Shown: piece by piece, positions 11,830 to 25,800 of the stretch
Layout: every line of letters begins with the position of its first letter
Position numbering within the stretch: the stretch's first letter is position 1
DNA from: Mobula hypostoma
Lineage: Eukaryota
Length of the DNA: 64,000 nt
Assembly (NCBI RefSeq): GCF_963921235.1
Contig: NC_086100.1
Location: forward strand, 203,052,001 to 203,116,000
Reading direction: 5' to 3'
Program-made: the position numbers and the translations under genes
The notes under the pieces: generated by a model
Told to the model about the DNA's origin: nothing
Databases searched by the model: none
What the model saw: only the letters and a program-made list of their open reading frames with translations

Positions 11830-12480
11830 AGACACTTATCTGACTCCCGAGGTCCCGGGATGACTACCTGCCTATAGCTCCTCTCTATCAGCTCCTCACT
11901 GTCCCAGACCAGACGAAGGTCATCGAGATGTATCTCCAGTTCCCTAACACGGTCCCTGAGGAGCTGCAGCTCAACACACCTGGGGCAGATGTGGCTGTCT
12001 GTGAGGCTGGGAATCTCCAGGACTTCCCACATCTGACACCGATCACACAACACTGGCCTCACACACATACTTCCTATTTGTATTCTACACAGATAACCTA
12101 CCTCGCCTTGACCTATTATTGCCGAAGCCCCGTTGAGCCAAAGCCTTCCTACTTTGTTTCTCTCTACTCCGTTGCCTGCACCTCCATCGCCCGCTCTCTA
12201 AAGCTGTCTCCTTTTAAACACTTCTCGAATGTTTAACCTGGCTGATGAACACGCGCTTGCGCAGTCATGCCTCGATCAAGCTGCTGAAGAAATAACCGCC
12301 TCCTTTTAAACTCTCCTCACTTAAACTCTTCACGTTGTTCTAACTGGCTGACGTCCACACAGTTGCGCAGTTGTGCCTCGATCAAACTGCTGAAGAAATA
12401 ATGCCTCCTTTTAATCTCTTCTCACTTTTAATCTCTTCTCGCTGTTCTAACTGGCTGATGTCAACGTGCTTGCACAGTCT
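11830..12480 (-). mobile_element. CR1 LINE 5' UTR and ORF1 N-terminus
   Basis: CDRCQMWE...HICPRCVELQLLRDRVRELE zinc finger/coiled coil of CR1 ORF1; tandemly repeated CpG-rich UTR. Confidence 0.75.
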
Positions 12481-12484
12481 TGCC

Positions 12485-13150
12485 CCGATTTCTTCAAAGA
12501 ATTCCAGCAGATTTCTCTTGAGGAAACCATGCTATCTATGGCCCATTTTATCATGTGCCTCCAAGTACCCTAAGACGTCATCCTTAGTAATCGATTCGAA
12601 CATCCTCCCAACCACTGAGGTTAGTCTAATTGGCCTATAGTTTGATTTCTGCTTCCTTTCCCGTTACTTGAAGCGTGGAGTGACATTTGCAATTTTCCAG
12701 TCTTCAGGAACCATTCCACAATCTAGTGATTCTTGAAAGATCTTTACTAATGCATCTACGATCTCTTCAACGACCCTTTCCAGAACCCTGGGTTGTGCAC
12801 CATGTGTTCCAGGTGAATTATCTACCTTCAGACCTTTCAGCTTCCCAAGAAAATTCTCCCTAGTTATGGTAACTTCACACACTTCATGACCCCGTCACCT
12901 GGAACTTACACCATGCTGCTAATATTTTCCACAGTGAAGACTAACGCAAAATACTTATTCAGTTCTTCCTCAATTTTGTTGCCTACTATTACTACCTCTC
13001 CAGCATCATTTTCCAAGAGTCCAATATCCACTCTCGCTCCTCTTTTACACTTTATGTATCTAAAGAAACTTCTGATATCCCCTTTAATATTATGGGCTAG
13101 CTTACTTTCATAAAGACATTTTTAGTTGCTTTCTGTTGGTTTTTAAAAGA
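12485..13150 (-). mobile_element. CR1 ORF2 (RT) fragment
   Basis: SPGTHG..PRVL, VPEDWKIANVTP. Confidence 0.8.
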
Positions 13151-13489
13151 AGAAGAATAAATCAGCCATGGTAGAATGGCGGTGCAGACTTGAGAGGTCA
13201 ATTGGCCGAATTTGTCTTATGTCTGATGGTCTTATTTCTTCAAATTTACGAATGAACCCACCAACATTTTCATCCCAATTATTTATAAAAATCACAAACA
13301 GCATTGATCCTTTATAACATCACTAATCACATCTCCATTCCAAATAACACCCTCCACCACTACTCTTTGTCTTCTAAAGCCTTGAATCCAGTCGCCATGG
13401 ATCGCTGATGCCTCATCTTCTTGATCAGTGGCCTTGCCTAAAGGTTTTAATTTGTTACTAGTCTTTTATGGTATGTTTAAAACTGATGC

Positions 13490-13735
13490 CACAACCTATG
13501 GACTCACTCTCAAGGGCTCTATAATTCATGTTCTCAGAATTATCTATCTATCTATTTTTGTGTTTACACAGTTTGTCTTCTTTTGCACATTGGCTGTTGA
13601 CACTATTTTGTGTCTATTTTTATTGATTCTATTGTATTTTTAGTTCTACTGTAAATACCTGCAAGTAATTGAATCTCATTATTTGGTGACATATATGCAC
13701 TTAGATAGTAAATTTATTTTGAGCTTTGAACATTT
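13490..13735 (+). repeat. Old LINE-type 3' UTR fragment, second copy at ~29920-30155
   Basis: shared AACCTATGGACTCACT.TCAAGGGCTC start and similar T-rich end in both copies. Confidence 0.45.
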
Positions 13736-14126
13736 GTTCCTGTATAACATATTTTATCAACTCTGCCACCATCCCAAGTGCCACTAAAATGTCCCACAAG
13801 AGCCCATGACCAACAAGTTCTTGCATCCGACTGGTTGACAACATTGAATTGTTTTGCTGTTCGCATTGTGATAGGCAGGGCTGGAAGCAATACATGTGTG
13901 GCAATTATCATGTTCTCTGGTCATCAAGTGAAATTGTCCATATTTCATTTTGATGCTGGGAGAGCAGAATAAACATTTTATATTTACTATGCTTCATACG
14001 CTGTTGATCAAATTGCCCAGGGAAATGATGACACTGTATTGGTACATTTGGTGAGTGTTATTGTTTTAGTTGCAGGTTGAGTTGTATTATTTCACAGCTT
14101 TAACAATAAATGTATTACACTTTCAG

Positions 14127-14222
14127 AAGTTCAACAGATCCAGTTGGCCATGAAGTGATTTGGGCTTTGGGAGCTGGCTGTAGAGACATAATTTCCTTGC
14201 AAGTTGCACCATTACATCCTTG
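14127..14222 (+). CDS. FBXO41: F-box only protein 41, internal coding exon (first found in window)
   Basis: tttcAG acceptor, GTaagg donor; 96 nt, phase 2-2; encodes SSTDPVGHEVIWALGAGCRDIISLQVAPLHP, matching the FBXO41 C-terminal region as I recall it. Confidence 0.92.
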
Positions 14223-15289
14223 GTAAGGGTACCTCCTTTCTTTAAAGTCTGTTAATATAGCTAGCATCTTTTGAAGACATTAAATATTGCAAAGTGCTTC
14301 AACCAAATGTTATTCAGCACGTTTCTGGGGCTAAGGGATTAGATGGGTGACCAGGAAACTTTTCTCAAGCAATATGAAGAAGGAACTATACTCAATCTCC
14401 AGTTAGGAAATGAAGTTGAGCTGATGTCAATCGGGAAAGTTGTGTACCTTTCGACAGGTCTTACAGCAAAGCAGAATAAGCTCAGAGTGGATGTATTAAA
14501 AGCATGCTTATAACTTGCAAGGGGAAGTCCACCTCCACTCCTCAGCATGGATGACAGGCGACTCCCATTTTACAGCTTACGAAGTTTGTTTTTGCATGTT
14601 TCTTTGGCTGTTATCTGTTCTAGCTGGCTAAGTCTCAACATTCTGCAGCTGCAGTCCTGTGTATCTTCTAATCAAGGCCATGCAATAAACCGATCACTCC
14701 TTGGTTACACAATAATCAGAACATTAGGTGCCTTCAGTTACGTATACACTTAACATATAGCAAACACTCTGGGATTATACAGGTTCCATCTTGTCACATT
14801 AAAAGATTAAATACATCAAAATCTCAAACTTCCACAGGGACTGCTTAGAGACCAAGAACCATAATACTATTAGTTTCAAAATAGTTATGGAAATTAAAAG
14901 GATTGACTAATAGTTAAAATCTAAATTTGAGCAAGGCTTATTTTATGGAATTAGACAGTATCTTGCAAAGGTTCACTGGGAGAGATAGATTGGAGGTAAG
15001 TGACATCCAGCTAGTGGAAGGCTTTTAAAATTAAGATGGGGAGTGTTCAAGGCAACATATTCTTATCAGATTGAGAGGAAAAGCTGATTTGATTAGGGAA
15101 CTGTGGTTGACAAAAGATATTGAGGCTTTATCAGGAAAATAAAAGAGGCATATGTCAGGTATTGACAGCTAGGATCAAGTGACTCTTTTGGAGACCATAA
15201 GGAATGTAAAATGAGGAGGAAATCTAGAGGGCAAAAGAGGACATGAAATATCCTTGGCTGATAAAGAAAGAAGAATCTGAAAAATTGAG

Positions 15290-17920
15290 GTGGGGGCATG
15301 GCACTGTTGATCAGGGATAGTTTCACGGCTGCAGAAAAGGAGGAAGTCATGGAAGGGTTGTCTACAGAGTCTCTGTGGGTGGAAGTTAGGAATAGGAAGG
15401 GGTCAATAACTCTACTAGGTGTTTGTTATAGTCCACCGAACAGTAACAGAGACATCGAGGAGCAGGTAGAGAGGCAGATTCTGGAAAGGAATAATAATAA
15501 CAGGGTTGTTGTGGTGGGAAATTTTAATTTCCCAAATATTGATTGGCATCTCCCTAGAGTGAGGGGTTTAGATGGGGTAGAGTTTGTTAGGTGTGTTCAG
15601 GAAGGTTTCTTGACACAATATGTAGATAAACCTAGAAGAGGAGAGGCTGTACTTGATCTGGTATTTGGAAATGCACCTGGTCAGGTGTCAGATCTCTTAG
15701 TGGGAGAGAATTTTGGAGATAGTGATCACAGTTCTATCTCCTGTACCATAGCATTGGAGAGGGATAGGAACAGACAAGTTAGGGAAACATTTAATTGGAG
15801 TAAGGGGAACTACGAGGCTATCAGGCAGGAACTTGAAGCATAAATTGGATACAGATGTTCTCAGGGAAACATACGGAAGAAATGTGGCAAATGTTCAGGG
15901 GACACTTGCGTGTGGTTCTGAGTAGGTACATTCCAATGAGACGTGGAAAGGATGGTAGGGTACAAGATCCGTGGTGTACAAGGGCTGTTGTAAATCTAGT
16001 CAAGGAGAAAAGCTTACGAAAGGTTCTAAAAACTAGGTAATAATATGAATCTAGAAGATCATAAGGCTAGCAGGAACGAGCTTAAGAATGAAATTAGGAG
16101 AGCCAGAAGGGGCCCTGAGAAGAACTTGGCGACAGGATTAAGGAAAACCCCAAGCTATTCTACAAGTATGTGAAGAGCAAGAGGATAAGACATGAGAGAA
16201 TAGGACAAATCAAGTGTAAATGGAAAAGCGTGTATGGAACCAGAGGAAACAGTAGGGGTACCTAATGAATACTTAGCTTCAGTATTCACTATGGAAAAGG
16301 ATCTTGGTGATTGTAGGGATGACTTATAGTGGACGGAAAAGTTTGAGAATGTAAATATTAAGAAAGAGGGTTTGCTGGAGCTTCTGGAAAGCATCAAGTT
16401 GGATGAATCATCGGGAACCGAAGGGGATGTACCCCAGGCTACTGTGGGAGCGAGGGAGGAGATTGCTGAGCCTCTGGTAATAATCTTTGCATCATCAATG
16501 GGGACGGGAGAGGTTCCGGAGGATTGGAGGGTTGTGGATGTTGTTCCCTTATTCAAGAAAGAGAGTAGGGATAGCCAGGGAAATTATAGGCCAGTGAGTC
16601 TTACTTCAGTGGTTGGTAAGTTGATGGAGAAGATCCTGAGAGGCAGGATTTATGAACATTTCAAGAGGCATAATATGATTAAGAATAGTCAGTATGGCTT
16701 TGTCAAAGGCAGGCCATGCCTTATGAGCCTGATTGGATTTTTTGAGGATGTGACTAAGCACATGGATGAAAGTAGGGCAGTAGATGTAGTGTATATGGAT
16801 TTCAGCAAGGCATTTGATAAAGTACCCCATGCAAGGCTTATTGAGAAAGTAAGGAAGCATGGGATCCAAGAGGGCATTGCTTTGTGGATTCAGAACTGGC
16901 CCGCCCACAGAAGGCAAAGAGTGGTTGTAGACGGGTCATATTCTGCATGGAGGCCGGTGACCAGTGGTGTGCCTCAGGGATCTGTTCTGGGACCCCTATT
17001 CTTTGTGATCTTTATAAGTGACCTGCATGAGGAAGTGGAGGGGTGGGTTAGTAAATTTGCTGGTGACACAAAGGTTGGGGGTGTTGTGGATAGTGTGGAG
17101 GGCTGTCAGAGGTTACAATGGGGTATTGATAGGATACAAAACTGGGCTGAGAAGTGACAAATAGAGTTCAACCCAGATAAGTGTGAGGTGGTTCAAATAT
17201 GATGGCAGAATATAGTATTAATGGTAAGACTCTTGGCAGTGTGGAGGATCAGAGCGATCTTGGGATCCAAGTCCATAGGACACTCAAACTGCTATGCAGG
17301 TTGACTCTGTAGTTAAGAAAGCGTACAGTGCATTGGCCTTCATCAATCATGGGATTGAGTTTAAGAGCCGAGAGGTAATGTTGCAGCTATATAGGACCCT
17401 GGTCAGACCCCACTTGGAGTACTGTGCTCAGTTCTGGTCACCTCACTACAGGAAGGATGTGGAAACCATAGAAAGGGTGCAGAGGAGACTTACAAGGATG
17501 TTGCCTGGATTGGGGAGCATGCCTTATGAGAATAGGTTGAGTGAACTCCACCTTTTCTCCTTGGAGTGACGGAGGATGAAAGGTGACTTGTTAGAGGTGT
17601 ACAAGATAATGAGAGGCATTGATCGTGTGGATAGTCAGAGGCTTTTCTCCAGGGCTGAAATGATTAGCATGAGAGGGCACAGTTTTAAGGTGCTTGGAAG
17701 TAGGTACAGAGGAGATGTCAGGCGTAAGTTCTTTACACAGAGAGTGGTGAATGGGTGGAATGGGCTGCCGGTGACGCTGGTGGAGGCGGAAACAATAGGG
17801 TCTTTTAAGAGACTCCTGGATAGCTAAATGGAGCTTGGAAGAATAGAGGGCTATGGGTAAAGCCTAGGTAGTTTTAAGGTAGGGACATGTTCAGCACAGC
17901 TTTGTGGGCCGAAGGGCTTG
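15290..17920 (+). mobile_element. CR1 LINE, most of ORF2 (APE endonuclease + RT) with stops/frameshifts
   Basis: VGNFNFPNIDW, SDH (EN); NYRPVSLTS, GVPQGSVLGP, SKFAGDTK (RT); CR1 3' end. Confidence 0.92.
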
Positions 17921-18239
17921 TGTATGTACAATATCTGAAATACATCTTAGGGAAATGTTTCAGTAAAAAATAGATTACAGAAAAAGGGTGATGAGGGACG
18001 CAATAGGCCCCTTTGAAGATCAGTGTGGTCATATATGTGCAGAGCTACAGGAGGTTGGCCAAGTTTTAAATGAATATTTTACGTGTGTATTTATTCATAC
18101 AGTCAATAAGAAGTACTACAGAGACAGACACTTCAACAATGCAAGAAACTATTTAAACTGCCCACTCCGAATGACCTGCACCTGGACTATTGCCCTCCGT
18201 TTCCCTACTCTCCATATGGCAATCTAATTTAAATAATTA

Positions 18240-18950
18240 AATCAAGCCTGTATGCACCACTTCTGCTGGCAGCTTATTCCACACTCTCACAACCCTCTGA
18301 GTGAAGAAGTTTCCCTTCATACCCCTTAAACTTTCACCTTTCATCTTTAAGCCATGATCTGTGGTTGTAGTCCCACCCAACTTCAGTGCAAAAAGCCTGC
18401 TTGCATTTGCCCTATCTATACCCCTCATAATTTTGTATACCTCGATCAAATCTGCTCTCAATCTTCTACGTTCTAAAGAATACAGTCCAAATCTATTCAA
18501 TCTTTCCATATAACTCAGATCCTCCAGACCTGGCAACATTCTTGTAAATTTTCTCTGCACTCTTTCAAACTTGTTTACATCCTTCCTGTAGGTAAGTGAC
18601 CAAAACTACATACAGTATTCCACGTTAGGCCTCAGCAACATCTTGTACACCCCATCTTCTTACTCAATACATTGATTTATGAATGCCAATGTGCCAAAAG
18701 CTTTCTTTACAAGCCTATCTACCTGAGATGCCACTTTCAATGAATTATGGACTTGTATTCTGAGATGTCTTTGTTATACCGCACTCCGCAGTGTCCTACT
18801 GTTCACTGTGTAAGACCTACTGCAGTACAGAACCTTGCACTTGTTTGCATTAAATTCCATCTGCCATTTTTCTGCCCATTTTTCCAACTGATGCAGATCC
18901 CTCTTCAAAATATGAGAGCCTTCTTCACATTCCATTACACCTACAGTCAC
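18240..18950 (-). mobile_element. CR1 3' fragment
   Basis: QRKFTRMLPGL...DLIEVYKI...FFTQRVVRVWNKLP. Confidence 0.85.
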
Positions 18951-18984
18951 CCTCATCTGTTGCTTCTATGCCTATTCTCATAAT

Positions 18985-20100
18985 CTATTTAAGAGGCGGC
19001 CATAGTTAAAATTGTCCACTGTTGGTCTGACCAGTCGGCCACCATTCTACAGGACTGCTTCGATGACGTCAACTGGAATGTCTTCCATGATGAGGATGTC
19101 TCCGGGTTCGCTGATGGAATCATGTGCTTCATCTGGAAGTGCATTGATTATGTTGTCCCCCAGAAGTCGGTCAGGGTCTTCCCTAACCAGAAACCCAGGA
19201 CCAATAATTCCGTGCGAGCAGCACTTACTGCGCAACATAGAGCTTACATTGACAGTGATCAGCTAGAGCTCAAGATAAGTAGCTGTGATCTGCGCAAAGC
19301 TATCAAGGCTGCGAAACAACAATATAGGGAGAAGATTGAGTCAAGATTCACAACGAAGAACACACATGACTTGTGGTGAGGGCTGCATACCATCGCAGAC
19401 TTCAAAGCCAAACATTGTGGTGCCGCCAACATCGCAGCCTCTCTCCCAGATGAGCTGAATCGCTCTTACGCTTGGTTCAATGTCGCTAACTCAGAGCCTC
19501 CGAGGAAAGCCACCGCTACAACCTGCAACCTGGTCATCTCTGAGGCTGAGGTACGCAGATGTTTCCAACGAGTGGACAGTCACAAGGCTGTGGGACCGGA
19601 CGGCGTCCCAGGGCCAGTACTCAGGATGTGCGCAGCACACCTGGCAGGTGTGTTTACAGACATTTTTAATCTCTCCCTCTTCCAGTGTAGAGTGACCTCC
19701 TGCTTCAAATTATCCACCATTGTTCCTGTACCAAAAAAGACCAAGGTAACATGCCTGAACGACTGGTGTCCTGTCACACTCACCTCAATAATCAGCAAAT
19801 GCTTTGAGAGGCTGGTCAAGGATTACATCTGCAGCCTGCTACCACCTAAACTAGACCCCCTACAATTTGCCAACCGACACAAGCAATCGACAGATGATGC
19901 AATAGCCACTGCTCTACATACCATCTTTACACATCTGGCGAAGAAGGATGCTTATGTGACCATGCTATTCTTGGACTACAATTCAGCATTCAACACCATA
20001 ATTCCCTCCAGGCTCGACAAGAAGCTCGGAGACCTCGGCCTTGACCCTGCCTTGTGCAGCTCGATCCTGGACTTCCTGTCAGATCGCCGGCAGGTGGTGA
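18985..20100 (+). mobile_element. Rex-type LINE RT fragment
   Basis: KAVGPDGVPG, PVPKKTKVTCLNDWCPVTLTSIISKCFERLV, LDPLQFA, LDYNSAFNTIIP. Confidence 0.85.
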
Positions 20101-20143
20101 CTTCACTTCCTGAGGGGCTCCTGTATTGAGAGTCAGAGGGGCA

Positions 20144-20715
20144 GACAGTAGAGGAGGCTGTGGATAGACGTATCAGAATGGGAATGGGATGTGGAATTGA
20201 AATGTGTGGCCACTGGGAGATCCTGCTTTCTCTGGCAGCCTCCTCTACTGTCAAGATGAAGCCACACTCAGGTTGGAGGAACAACACCTTATATTCCGTC
20301 TGGGTAGCCTCCAACTTGATGGCATGAACATTGACTTCTCGAACTTCCGCTAATGCCCCTCCTCCCCTTTGTACCCCATCCGTCATTTATTTGTCTTTTA
20401 TTATTATTAATTTTTTTTCTTTCTCTCCTTTTTCTCCCTCTGTCCCTCTCACTATACTCCTCGCCCATCCTCTGGGCTTCCCCCCTCCCCCTTTCTTTCT
20501 CCCTAGGACTCCTGCCCCATGATCCTCTCATATCCCTTTTGCCGATCACCTGTCCAGCTCTTGGCTCCATCCCTCCCCCTCCTGTCTTCTCCTATCATTT
20601 CGGATCTCCCTCTCCCCCTACCACTTTCAAATCTCTTACTATCTCTCCTTTCCGTTAGTCCTGACAAAGGGTCTCGGCCTGAAACGTCGACTGTACCTCT
20701 TCCTGCTGCATTCAA
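20144..20715 (+). mobile_element. Penelope-like element 3' fragment with inverted 5' piece
   Basis: GIY-YIG C-terminus RLEEQHLIFRLGSLQLDGMNIDFSNFR*, pyrimidine-rich spacer, hammerhead-like motif ~20657-20692; 20144-20235 inverted. Confidence 0.8.
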
Positions 20716-21239
20716 CAACATCCAGATGTCTATCAGGACAAGGCAGGAGAATGAATTTGGAAGGGATAATAAATCAGCCACAATGGAATGGTGAAGCAGT
20801 CTCGATGAACCAAACGGCCTTATTCTGCTTCTATGTCTCATGATTCTTAGATGTAAACATTATAGAATAGTATCAGAGGGAGATGTTATCTACTGGGCCA
20901 AACATAATGTAAAATTACAAAGTAAAATTTGACAACCATACTTCAAATTTGTACATTAATTTCTCTAACTTCTGGTTATGAGTAACCTTTGTCTCTTCTG
21001 ATGCCACCAGGTACCATCATTCCATCTCTTTCCTCTCCCCCTACCCCAACCTCAACTTCTACCCCTCACTTACACATTCCTCCCAGTGTCTCCCTTCCCC
21101 ACCTCCATCCCTCTATACCAGGAACTCCGATCAGATTCCATCATCTTCAGCCATTTGTCGTTTCTGTCTGCTGTGTCTCAGCTTCTGAGATCATTCTTAG
21201 TATTTCCCTCCCTCACCTATCATACACCTCAGCTGGATA

Positions 21240-22020
21240 GTCATAGTCATACTTTATTGATCCCGGGGGAAATTGGTTTTCGTTACGGTTGCACCATAAA
21301 TAATAAATAGTAATAGAACCATAAATAGTTAAATAGTAATATGTAAATTACGCCAGTAAATTATGAAATAAGTCCAGAACCAGCCTATTGGCTCAGGGTG
21401 TCTGACCCTCCAAGGGAGGAGTTGTAAAGTTTGATGGCCACAGGCAGGAATGACTTCCTATGACGCTCTGTGTTGCATCTCGGTGGAATGAGTCTCTGGC
21501 TGAACGTACTCCTGTGCCCACCCAGTACATTATGTAGTGGATGGGAGATATTGCCCAAGATGGCATGGAACTTGGACAGCATCCTCCTTACAGACACCAC
21601 CATCAGAGAGTCCAGTTCCATCCCCACAAAATCACTGGCCTTATGAATGAGTTTGTTGATTCTGTTGGTGTCTGCCACCCTCAGCGTGCTGCCCCAGCAC
21701 ACAACAGCAAACATGATCGCACTGGTCACCACAGACTCGTAGAAAATCCTCAGCATCATCCGGCTGATGTTAAAGGACCTCAGTCTCCTCAGGAAATAGA
21801 GATGGCTCTGACCATTCTTGTAGACTGCCTCAGTGTTCTTTGACCAGTCCAGTTTATTGTCAATTCGTATCCCCAGGTATTTGTAATCTTCCACCATGTC
21901 CACACTGACCCCCTGGATGGAAACAGGGGTCACCGGTGCCTTAGCTCTCCTCAGGTCTACCACCAGCTCCTTAATCTTTTTCACATTAAGCTACAGATAA
22001 TTCTGCTCACACCATGTGAC
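21240..22020 (-). mobile_element. Rex-type LINE 3' end
   Basis: ORF 21385-21984 KELVVDLRR...YKYLG..IDNKLDWSKN...LYFLRRLRSF...SFLPVAIKLYN; AT-rich tail. Confidence 0.85.
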
Positions 22021-22171
22021 AATCGATCCACCTCTCACCTACGAGTGCTGTCTCCAGTCCTTTTTATACTGGCTGTCATTTGCTTCTGTAAGTGTTGCCT
22101 GTCATTTCTATGATGTGATGGTGTGGTGATGTAGTTTGTTTTAATTTCTCATTCTCTCTTCTCCCCGCCAG

Positions 22172-22290
22172 CCACCAGCCAACACGGTTTAACAACCGCA
22201 GTCTGCAGATGATCGGGCGCTGCTGGCCACACTTGCGAGCTCTGGGAGTTGGGGGTGCAGGATGTGGATTGCAGGGGCTAGCCTCCTTGG
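22172..22290 (+). CDS. FBXO41: FBXO41 internal coding exon
   Basis: polypyrimidine tract + ccAG acceptor, GTaact donor; 119 nt; (C)HQPTRFNNRSLQMIGRCWPHLRALGVGGAGCGLQGLASL; in frame with previous exon (TG+C=Cys). Confidence 0.95.
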
Positions 22291-22869
22291 GTAACTATCA
22301 GCGGCCTTTCCACCTATATTTTCTTCTAAATCTGTTTTGTTTACATTCCCAGCATTTGGAGGTAGTAAGATCATGTATACTTGTGTTTTTCATATAGTGT
22401 GTATGACAATAAGTTCGTATGATGATTTATTGATAGAGCAATGCAAGCTGAGTCTATAGACTCAGTTTCCAGAAGAAGTCTTAGAGTCATAGAACGTAAA
22501 ATGTTCTATGATTAAAATAATCATGAAGAGATTATGACATGAGCTACCAATGGCGTTTTGCAGGCAGCTCACAATGTTATTAGATTCTCTAGTAGACATA
22601 CTGTACTACTTCTGAGCTGTGATCACTGCGGTGTGCAGCATGGTCTAGATGGGTCATAAGGCCAGTTTCTGTGCTGTACTGTTTTATCACTATGACAACG
22701 AGGAAGCCCACGTGGTCACCATGAAAATGTACAAGCTCCTTACAGGCAGGGGTGTTGTGGTAGTGTTGTGGTAGTGTCCCTCAGGAATTTCACGGCTGTG
22801 AGAGTGGTGAATCTACAAGAACACCTGCCTGAACGTGATAAATACCAGTCACTGAAAACACACCTCTTA

Positions 22870-25800
22870 CAGACCTTTGGCTTTTCAGAGTCTGAGTGCA
22901 CTAGACAGTTGCTTTCCTTGGCGAATGCAGGCCCTCGGAGCTGATAGCCCACATGCCGTCTCTCATGGGAAATCACCACCTTGTTTTATTTTTATGCAGC
23001 AAATGCCTGATCCAGCTCGTATAGCCCTCGCTAATGCACCTATGATGGACTATAGCGAGGTTGCTATTGTCTGTACTCAGCTAAGCAGTGGAACATCATT
23101 CCTCCTCCTTTCTGTACCTCAATAAGTTCAGTCAGCAAGGCTCCCAACACCACTGGTGCCAAACAGACAATGCCAGGCCTGTGCTTTTACCACTCGTGCT
23201 CCGGTGCGAACGCTAGGAAATGCTGACTGCCTTGCAGCTTCAACAGTGACAGCACATCGGGACATCAGAGCTCTGTGCACCCTGTGTCTGTTTATTATGG
23301 ACACCCTTTCAGGGCAATACCTCCTGTGTGACAGGGGAGCTCAAGTGCGTGTACTGCCAGCATCGCCTGCAGATGAGAAGGCAAAGAGCCACAAAACCTT
23401 GCTGGAGGCTACCAACGGCAGCAGCACCCAGACATACGGGACATGATCGGTGACTTCAGTGGGTGATGTTATACATGGGACTTCATCTTGGCTAAAGTGG
23501 CTAGACCTCTGTTAGGTGCAGATTTGCTGTGTGCCCAAGGACTGTTGGTTGATCTTAAGAAGTGCCGGCTTGTGGGTGTCAAGGACTTCGGGTCGTTACC
23601 CTGCTCCCCCAGTAAGTTCCCCCCAATGACTATGTCAAGCGCTCGCACCACCACATGTGAATTTACTCAACATGTGAATGTGCTGAATTCCCAGCCCTTG
23701 CCAAACCCACATTTTTCACTACAGTCGCAAACCATGGGGTCAAACACCACATTCCCATAACTGGCCCGCCAGTCCATGCCTGTGGACCCAGAAAAACTGG
23801 CAACTGCAAAGGCTGAGTTTGCCAACATTGAAAGGCTTGGCATTGTACGCTGGTCGAATAGCCCCTGGGGTTAACCCCTCCATATGGTCCCAAAGTCCAT
23901 TGGTGGTTGCTGTCTATGTGGTGATGACTGATCCCTTAATGAAGCCACCACCCTGTACCCACACATTCAAGACTTATCGGCAAGTTTAGCCGAACGTTCA
24001 TTTTTTCCAAAGTCAGTCTAGTTTAGGGGCTTTCATCAGGTGCCTGTGTGCCCAGAGGACATTCCAAGACAGCTGTGATAATCCCTTTTGGCTGCTTTGA
24101 GTTTCTGCATGTGCTGTTTGGACTGAAAAATGCAGCAGAGACTTTCCAACGGGTGATGGACTTTGTATTAAAAGATGAAGATTTTCCTTTTGTTCACCTG
24201 GATGATGTATTTGTTGCCTACACATCCAAATCTGAAGCCGATCTCATCTCTGCACACTTTTTGAGTGCTTAAGCCAACATGGGTTGATCGTTAATCCTGC
24301 TGAATGCCAGTTTGGGTTGTCAACCATCGACTTTCTCAGCCATCACATCTCCACAGAACCCCTCCCAACAAAAGTAGCCTCTATTATGGATTTCCCACCA
24401 CCCCGCACTGCAAAAAATACTACAGGAGTTTTTAGGTATAAATTTCGATTGCTGCTTTGTTCCACAAGTTGCTGGACTTGAGCTCTCCCTGTATAGTGCG
24501 TTTAAAGGTAATACCCCTCATTAAGTGGTCGACTGGTCAACAGACGTGGCCAGGGCATTTGATGACTCTAAATCAGCTCTTTCTAACAGGACTCTACCAG
24601 CGCATGTGCTCCCCAGCACACCCGTAATCATTACTACTGACGCCTCAGACTATGCTGTGGGTGCTGTGCACGAACAGTTGGATGGGGGCATGTAGCAGCC
24701 ACTTGCCTTGTTCAGTCGGCAGCGTCATCCCCACGAAAGGAAGTGCAGCTCCTTTGGCTGTGAGCTTTTCGGTCTGTAATTGGCTGTCACCATTTTCATT
24801 TTCTTCTGGAAGGTCTCGGTCTCCATTTCACAGCGTTCATTGACCATAAACCTCTCATGCTCATGATGGCCAAAAAATCAGACCCTTGATCTGCATGGCA
24901 GCAACACCACCTGGCCTACATATCTGAGTTCACGATGGACATACAGCATATCAGGGGGAAAATAATACTGTGGCTGATTGCTTCTCACGGTCAGCTGTTG
25001 AGGCCACATGAAGGGATTAATTTTGCCGGCTTACTGACCCTTAACAGCAGTCACGGGCTTGCGGTTGGCTAACATTAAGTTTGGGAAAGCTGGGGTTTCT
25101 CTTCCGTGTGATCTCTCAGTCAGTTGCCCCTGCCCCATCATGCCCACAAACTGGAAGCAGACTGTTTTTCACTCCATACCTGGCCTCTTGCATCTGGGCC
25201 AAAAGGCCTCACAGTAACCGGTTACTATAAAGTTTGTTCGGCACGGCCTCGGAAAGGAGATACGTGATTGGACTGCAGCCTGTGGGGAGTGCCAGCGGGC
25301 GAAAATTAGCAGTCATGTTCAGGCGCCATTGGCGTCTTTTGAGGCCCCTGAATGACGGTTTGATCATGTCAATGTGAACCTTCTTGGTCCTCTTTCCCCT
25401 CACCCCCCCACACTTTCACACACCTTCTTATCTCAGTTGACCATACGACTAGGCGGCCAGAGGACATCCCTTTAGCATTGACAACAGCTGCAGATTTGGC
25501 TTGGGCATTCATCAGCACGTGGGTTGCTTGGTTTTGCATCCCATCTACTGCTTCCTCTGACGCAATCCTTGATTCTTTTCAGACCTCTGGGCTGCAACGG
25601 CCCAAAACCTTGGCGTTATAGTCCCATGGCCTACACGAGCAGTTTCACAAAGGCTACGCTGAGAACTTCTCTGAGTGTTGGCATGATCGTCTCCTGTGTG
25701 TCCTGCTGGGGCTCTGAACTGCTCCAAAAGGGGACCTCCAGTTGTCCGTGGCAGAGTTGGTATATGGGTAGCCATTATGAGTGCCAGCTGATTTCATTCC

